Assembly (NCBI GenBank): GCA_963664325.2
Contig: CAXXDQ010000003.1
Coordinates: 1,120,001-1,184,000 of the forward strand
DNA: 64,000 nt
Direction of reading: 5' to 3'
DNA from: Desulfomonilia bacterium
GTDB lineage: Bacteria > Desulfobacterota > Desulfomonilia > UBA1062
Part shown: in pieces, positions 58,642 through 64,000 of the stretch
Position numbering within the stretch: the stretch's first letter is position 1
How the letters are laid out: the number at the start of each line of letters is the position of its first letter
Program-made: the position numbers and the translations under genes
Notes under the pieces: generated by a model
What the model was told of the DNA's origin: nothing
What the model saw: only the letters and a program-made list of their open reading frames with translations
The model's database searches: none

Positions 58642-60318
58642 ATGGAGAATAAAATTTGGCACAAATCGTATGTACCTGGGGTACCGGCCTCAATCGAATA
58701 CGAAAGGATTGCACTGCCGGATGCTCTGAGAAGATCGGCCAGGCTCTACCCGGAAAACGCGGCCCTAATCATGATGGGCAATACGATCACCTACAGCCAG
58801 CTCGACGAACAAGTCGACCGCTTCGCTTCGGCGCTGGCCGGGCTAGGCATAGGAAAGGCAGACAGGGTGGCGCTCATCCTGCCCAATATACCGCAGATGG
58901 TCATCGCCACCTACGCACTGTTCAGGCTGGGCGCCGTCGCGGTAATGAACAACCCGCTCTATACCGACAGGGAGCTCGAACACAATCTTGCCGATTCGGG
59001 ATCGAAGGCCGCCATATGTCTGGATTTTTTTGTGCCCCGCGTCATATCGCTGAAGGATAAAACCCGGGTTGAGACCGTCATCGTCTGCCATATCCGGGAT
59101 TTCATACCCGCTCCTCAAAGCCAGATACAGAAGGACCACTATAACCTGCACATGGATATCGAGCCCCAAAAGGGTGTCTGTGAATTCATGGACCTGCTTA
59201 AGAGCGCTCCGGCCGCAATGTCAGGGGAATCGGCCGGTTTCGACGATCTTGCCGCGCTTATTTATACCGGGGGCACCACCGGCGTTTCAAAGGCGGTCAT
59301 GCTGAGCCACGCCAACTCCAGCATTGCGGTTCAGCAGTTCAAAGCCTGGATGTTCGACCTTAAGGACGGGGAGGAAAGGGTGCTCGCGGTGCTGCCGTTT
59401 TTCCACGTCGCCGGGTACACCGACATTATGAATCAGTGCATCTACCGGGGATTTACTGCCGTTTTAGTACCGTGGCCCGATGCAGGGGTGATTCACACCA
59501 TGATCCGTGAGTACCGGCCCACGGTATTCGGCGCCGTTCCGACCCTTTATGTGGGGCTCATGAACCATCCCGAATTCGCGAAGACCGATTTTTCATTCAT
59601 AAAGGGCTGCCTGTCCGGTGCTGCGCCGATGGCCCTCGAAACCATAAAAGCCTGGGAAAGGGTGGTGGGGGCTACCATCATCGAGCTGTACGGGCTCACT
59701 GAAACCACGGCCATCTGCCATTTTAACCCATGGGGCGGTAAGACCAAGGTGGGAAGCGTGGGAGTGCCTGTCCCGGACACCGATTGCCGGATAGTGGATA
59801 TAGAGACTGGCCTTGCGGACCAGCCCTGCAATCAGCCCGGGGAGGTGCTCGTCAAGGGACCGCAGGTGTGCAGCGGATACTACGGGAAGCCGGATGAAAC
59901 CGGACTCGCGATCAGGGACGGGTGGCTTTCCACAGGCGATATCGGGTATATGGACGACGACGGATACCTGTTTATCGTCGACCGTAAAAAGGACATCATC
60001 ATCGCGGGGGGATACAACATCTATCCCAGGGAAATCGATGAGGTGCTCTACGAGCACCCGAAAATAAAGGATGCATGTTCCTTCGGCATCCCCGATACGT
60101 ACAGGGGCGAGACGGTCAAGGCCGTCATCGTGCTGAAAGAGGGAGCCGTGGCGACGGAAAAAGAAATACAAGACTATTGCAGGGAAAAGCTGTCGGCGTA
60201 CAAGGTGCCGAAGATGATCGAGTTCCGCCAGCAACTCCCGGTGTCCGCCACGGGAAAGATACTGCGCCGTGTGCTGCGCGACGAAGAGATCGCAAAACAG
60301 AAGGCTGCCGCCGTATAG
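58642..60318 (+). CDS. fadD: Long-chain fatty acid-CoA ligase
   Basis: YTGGTTGVSK, YGLTET, TGD, DRKKD, GKILRR; GGGGAG RBS before ATG 58642. Confidence 0.93.
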   Translation: MENKIWHKSYVPGVPASIEYERIALPDALRRSARLYPENAALIMMGNTITYSQLDEQVDRFASALAGLGIGKADRVALILPNIPQMVIATYALFRLGAVAVMNNPLYTDRELEHNLADSGSKAAICLDFFVPRVISLKDKTRVETVIVCHIRDFIPAPQSQIQKDHYNLHMDIEPQKGVCEFMDLLKSAPAAMSGESAGFDDLAALIYTGGTTGVSKAVMLSHANSSIAVQQFKAWMFDLKDGEERVLAVLPFFHVAGYTDIMNQCIYRGFTAVLVPWPDAGVIHTMIREYRPTVFGAVPTLYVGLMNHPEFAKTDFSFIKGCLSGAAPMALETIKAWERVVGATIIELYGLTETTAICHFNPWGGKTKVGSVGVPVPDTDCRIVDIETGLADQPCNQPGEVLVKGPQVCSGYYGKPDETGLAIRDGWLSTGDIGYMDDDGYLFIVDRKKDIIIAGGYNIYPREIDEVLYEHPKIKDACSFGIPDTYRGETVKAVIVLKEGAVATEKEIQDYCREKLSAYKVPKMIEFRQQLPVSATGKILRRVLRDEEIAKQKAAAV

Positions 60319-60373
60319 CGCACCGGTAGCGGAACGGGCGGCGAATATAAAATAATATACCAGGAAGGCGACG

Positions 60374-62179
60374 ATGGAAAAGAAATTTGTAAGTTTGCGG
60401 AATTTGAAGTTCATGCTTTATGAGGTGTTTGATGCAGCCTCTCTGATTAAATATCCCTATTTTGAAGAGCAGAGCGTCGAGGCTTTTGACATGATCCTTG
60501 AAACTGCCGTTAAGATCGGCAGCGGGAAGCTCCGGCCGTTCCTGGAGGAGATGGACAAGAACCCGCCGCGGTTCGCCGACGGTTCGGTAACTGTCAATCC
60601 AATGGTGCGGTCATTCATGAAGGAAAGCGGGGAAGGCGGCTGGATTTCCATATTCGCACCCCACTCGCATGGCGGACAGCAGGTGCCGATTCTGGTTGGG
60701 TTCCTTCCCACCTTCATCTTCAACGCGGCAAACTATTCGGCCAGCATATACCCCGGGCTGAATACCGGTGCGGCGCACCTTATATCATCCTACGGAACCG
60801 AGGCCCTGCAGCAAGCCTATATCCCGAAGCTCTATTCAGGCGAGTGGCAGGGGACCATGGCCCTGACGGAACCCCAGGCCGGAAGCTCTCTCGGCGATAT
60901 CACGACCTCGGCGACGCCCACCGCCCATGGCCATTACATGATGAAGGGACAGAAAATATTCATTTCAGCGGGAGACCACGACTGTGCGGACAATACGGTC
61001 CACCTGCTGCTGGCCAGGATTGAGGGCGCAGCCCCGGGTGTGAAGGGGATATCGCTGTTCCTGGTGCCGAAGAAAAGATGCGACGCGGGAGGCAGGCTTG
61101 TCCCGAATGACGTAACCGCTGCGGGCATATACCATAAAATGGGCTACAGGGGCTCTCCGATTACGCAGCTCAGTTTCGGCGAAAACGGCGACTGCCGGGG
61201 ATATCTGGTAGGCGAGGCCAGCAAAGGCCTGTCATATATGTTCCAGATGATGAACGAGGCCAGGCTGTCCGTCGGATTTGCAGCCACAGCCATTGCATCG
61301 GCTGCGTATTACACCGCCCTGGAATACACGCGGGAAAGGCCCCAGGGCAGATCCGTCACCTCCAAGGACCCGACCCAGCCCCAGGTGCCAATCATAGAGC
61401 ATGCCGATGTCAAACGCATGCTTCTGTTCCAGCGGGCGGTCATAGAAGGGTCTCTTTCACTCCTCATGCAGTGCACGAAATACAGCGATCTGGAGACTGT
61501 CCTTGAGGGAGAGGAGAAAGAGAAGTACAAGTTGCTGCTGGACCTGCTGACTCCCGTGGCCAAAAGCTACCCCGCCGAAATGGGGAACCTTTCTGCAAGC
61601 CAGGCGATACAATGTCTTGGAGGATACGGTTACTGCGATGAATTTCCCCTGGAACAGTACTATCGCGACATGCGCATCCATCCGATCCACGAAGGGACTA
61701 CCGGCATCCAGGGCATTACCCTGCTGGGGAGAGGCATCACGATGAAAAATGGCAAGGCCTTTAATCTTTTCCTTGAGGAAATCCAGGAGGCCGTGAACAA
61801 GGCTCAGGAGGACACTGACCTTGCCGCTTATACCGGCGGGCTCGTACAGGCCCTGGAAAAACTCAAGGAAGTTACGAACCGCCTGGTGGGCATCGCCGTC
61901 GGGGGGAAAATAGAGCTGTTCCTGGCTGACGCGACTGTGTACCTGGAGCTGTTCGGCATCGTTGCAATCGCATGGCAATGGCTGCTGCAGGCCATCGCAG
62001 TCAACAAGGCCATCCGCGGCAAAACGGCTGAATCCGACATGAATTTCTACCGGGGAAAACTGTATGCGTTCCGATATTTCTTCGGTTATGAACTGCCGAA
62101 AGTTGAAGGTTTGTACAAATTGCTTATGAGCACCGACGGCTTGACCGTAGAGATGCGCGGGGAGCTTTTCTCGGATTGA
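60374..62179 (+). CDS. Acyl-CoA dehydrogenase (long, about 600-aa type)
   Basis: MALTEPQAGS, GQKIFIS, KMG, MMNEARL, LGGYGY, IHEGTTGIQ. Confidence 0.93.
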   Translation: MEKKFVSLRNLKFMLYEVFDAASLIKYPYFEEQSVEAFDMILETAVKIGSGKLRPFLEEMDKNPPRFADGSVTVNPMVRSFMKESGEGGWISIFAPHSHGGQQVPILVGFLPTFIFNAANYSASIYPGLNTGAAHLISSYGTEALQQAYIPKLYSGEWQGTMALTEPQAGSSLGDITTSATPTAHGHYMMKGQKIFISAGDHDCADNTVHLLLARIEGAAPGVKGISLFLVPKKRCDAGGRLVPNDVTAAGIYHKMGYRGSPITQLSFGENGDCRGYLVGEASKGLSYMFQMMNEARLSVGFAATAIASAAYYTALEYTRERPQGRSVTSKDPTQPQVPIIEHADVKRMLLFQRAVIEGSLSLLMQCTKYSDLETVLEGEEKEKYKLLLDLLTPVAKSYPAEMGNLSASQAIQCLGGYGYCDEFPLEQYYRDMRIHPIHEGTTGIQGITLLGRGITMKNGKAFNLFLEEIQEAVNKAQEDTDLAAYTGGLVQALEKLKEVTNRLVGIAVGGKIELFLADATVYLELFGIVAIAWQWLLQAIAVNKAIRGKTAESDMNFYRGKLYAFRYFFGYELPKVEGLYKLLMSTDGLTVEMRGELFSD

Positions 62180-62265
62180 TTCCCGGCCCTGGGGCAGGGT
62201 GGACTTGCAGTGCTGGAAGCCGTTTGGTTGATGGTGATACATTATTTACATTATGGGAGGAATAT

Positions 62266-63943
62266 ATGGCATTGGAAAAGTTATGGCATAAATCATATGC
62301 ACCGGGCGTTCCCTATGAACTGGAATACGACCGTACCACCATGTCCCGGGCGCTGAGCCGCAACGCAAAAAAATTCCCTGACAATCCCGCGCTTATTTAC
62401 TTCGGAAGGATAATATCATTCAGGGAGCTTGATTCTCTGGTGGACCGCTTTTCAAAGGCGCTTGCAGGAATCGGCATAATCCCCGGCGACAAGGTGGCGC
62501 TGATCATGCCGAATGTCCCCCAGATGACGGTGGCCATATATGCCTGTTACCGTACAGGCGCGGTGGCGGTCCCGACAAACCCGCTCTACACAGAAACGGA
62601 ACTTGAATACCAGCTCAACAACTCCGAATCAAAGGCCGTAGTGACACTGGACCTCCTGCAGCCCCGGATGTCCGAAGTAAGGGCCAGAACCGGAGTGGGC
62701 CATATAATCTACTGCCATATAAACGATTACCTCCCGTTTCCGAAAAAACAGATATTCCCCATCGCGAAAAAAGCCATGTACCGGAAGGTTCAGCCGGGAG
62801 AGGGTGTGCACGAGTTCATGGACCTCATGGGCAAATACTCCTCAGGCGGCCTGGAGGACAGATCGGAATGGGACGGCCTGGCGGCGCTTCTCTATACGGG
62901 CGGGACCACTGGCGTAAGCAAGGGCGTGATGATCAACCATTCGCACTTTTCCTGTAACGCCCAGCAGTTCAAGGCATATATGCCGGCGCTTGAGGAAGGG
63001 AAGGAAAGGGTTCTCTCCATATATCCCTATTTCCATTCCGCGGGCAATTTCATGCTGAACTCGATGATATGGTGCGGCTGGGCCGCAGTGCTGGTGCCGC
63101 GACCCGAGACCGACATCATCGTGGAGCTCTTCGGGAAATACAAGCCGACAGGCATGGTCGGCGTACCCACGATATATACGGGGCTTCTGAACAACGGGAA
63201 ATTCAGCGCCCTTGATTTCTCGAAGATAAAGCTCTTCGCCGCCGGGGCCGCTCCCCTGCTCAAGGACACCATCGACAGACTGGGGGCCCTCACTAACGCG
63301 ACCATTCTGAACACCTACGGTCTCACCGAGGCCACCTGCCTGGTGGCGGCCAATCCCTATGGCGGGGTTGTGGTGCCCGGAACCATAGGTCTGCCTGTCC
63401 CGGATACCGACGCGAAAATTGTAGATGTCGAAACCGGTCTGAATGAAATGCCCGTGGGTGAATCTGGCGAACTTGTCATAAAGGCTCCGCAGGTGATGAA
63501 GGGATACTACAAAAACCCTGAAGAGACGGCGCAGGTGCTCAAGGACGGGTGGCTTCACACCGGCGACATCGGCGTCTTTGATGAGGCAGGAAACATTATG
63601 ATAGTCGACAGGAAGAAGGACATGATCATAGCCAGCGGGTTCAATATCTTTCCGAATGAAATTGACGATGTCCTGTTTTCCCATCCCAAGATCCTTGAAG
63701 CCTGCACCATAGGAGTGCCGGACGAGTACAGGGGAGAAACCGTGAAGGCCTATGTGGTGGTCCGTCCGGGCGAGAGCCTGACCGAGCAGGAAGTGGCCGA
63801 TTTCTGCAAGGACCGCCTCACGGCATACAAGGTGCCGAAAAAAAATCGTTTTCATCGATGCGATTCCGAAGAGCGCCGTGGGGAAAATACTGCGCAGGGC
63901 GATGAAGGAACTCGACCGGAAACTCAGCGGGAAAAGCTCATAA
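62266..63943 (+). CDS. fadD: Long-chain fatty acid-CoA ligase (extra A in the homopolymer near 63840)
   Basis: YTGGTTGVSK, YGLTE, TGD, DRKKD; removing one A restores IPKSAVGKILRR with a stop at 63941-63943. Confidence 0.9.
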
Positions 63944-64000
63944 TTCACGGGTCCTGACGGGATAAGACGGCAGCGGTGTGTCCTGTCCCCGGGCGAACCA

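Noticed and set aside
59593-63948. Long antisense ORFs (273, 261 and 368 aa), and similar ones opposite galK, GH1 and UroD
   Set aside because: Shadow frames of well-supported genes, with no motifs of their own.
63835-63957. Aberrant C-terminus of the second FadD
   Set aside because: One extra A in a poly-A run; correction restores the conserved GKILRR end.

Overview
Chromosomal, mostly housekeeping and catabolic window. Gene content suggests an anaerobic Gram-negative fatty-acid degrader, probably Desulfobacterota/deltaproteobacterial (inference only). In order it holds: a transpeptidase-only PBP, tRNA-Pro(GGG) and deaD; a PAS/Cache kinase plus sigma54 regulator followed by a sigma54-like promoter, a small membrane protein and an orphan AtpZ/AtpI-family gene; a heparinase II/III-type lyase lipoprotein; an orphan, divergent DnaA paralogue followed by palindromic elements; AraC- and TetR-linked catabolic genes with visible operators, ending at abfD; a 24-40 kb glycoside/lipid cluster (GH1 x2, GH3, clan-A GH lipoprotein, hydrolase lipoprotein, ERG2/sigma-1 receptor-like lipoprotein, galK, rbsK-deoC, two UroD-family proteins); uvrC, pth, rhlE, nadC-nadA-nadB, MacAB-TolC, an ArsB/NhaD transporter, Fe-S proteins and a beta-oxidation cluster. 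No CRISPR array, integrase, transposase or prophage was seen. Frameshifts cluster at 23-24 kb, 42.8-46.6 kb and 63.8 kb and look like long-read errors. Best novelty candidates: the ERG2/sigma-1 lipoprotein within a putative glycolipid-scavenging locus, the DnaA paralogue, the sigma54-linked orphan AtpI module, and several structured intergenic RNA candidates. All family calls come from motif recognition by eye; no searches were run.
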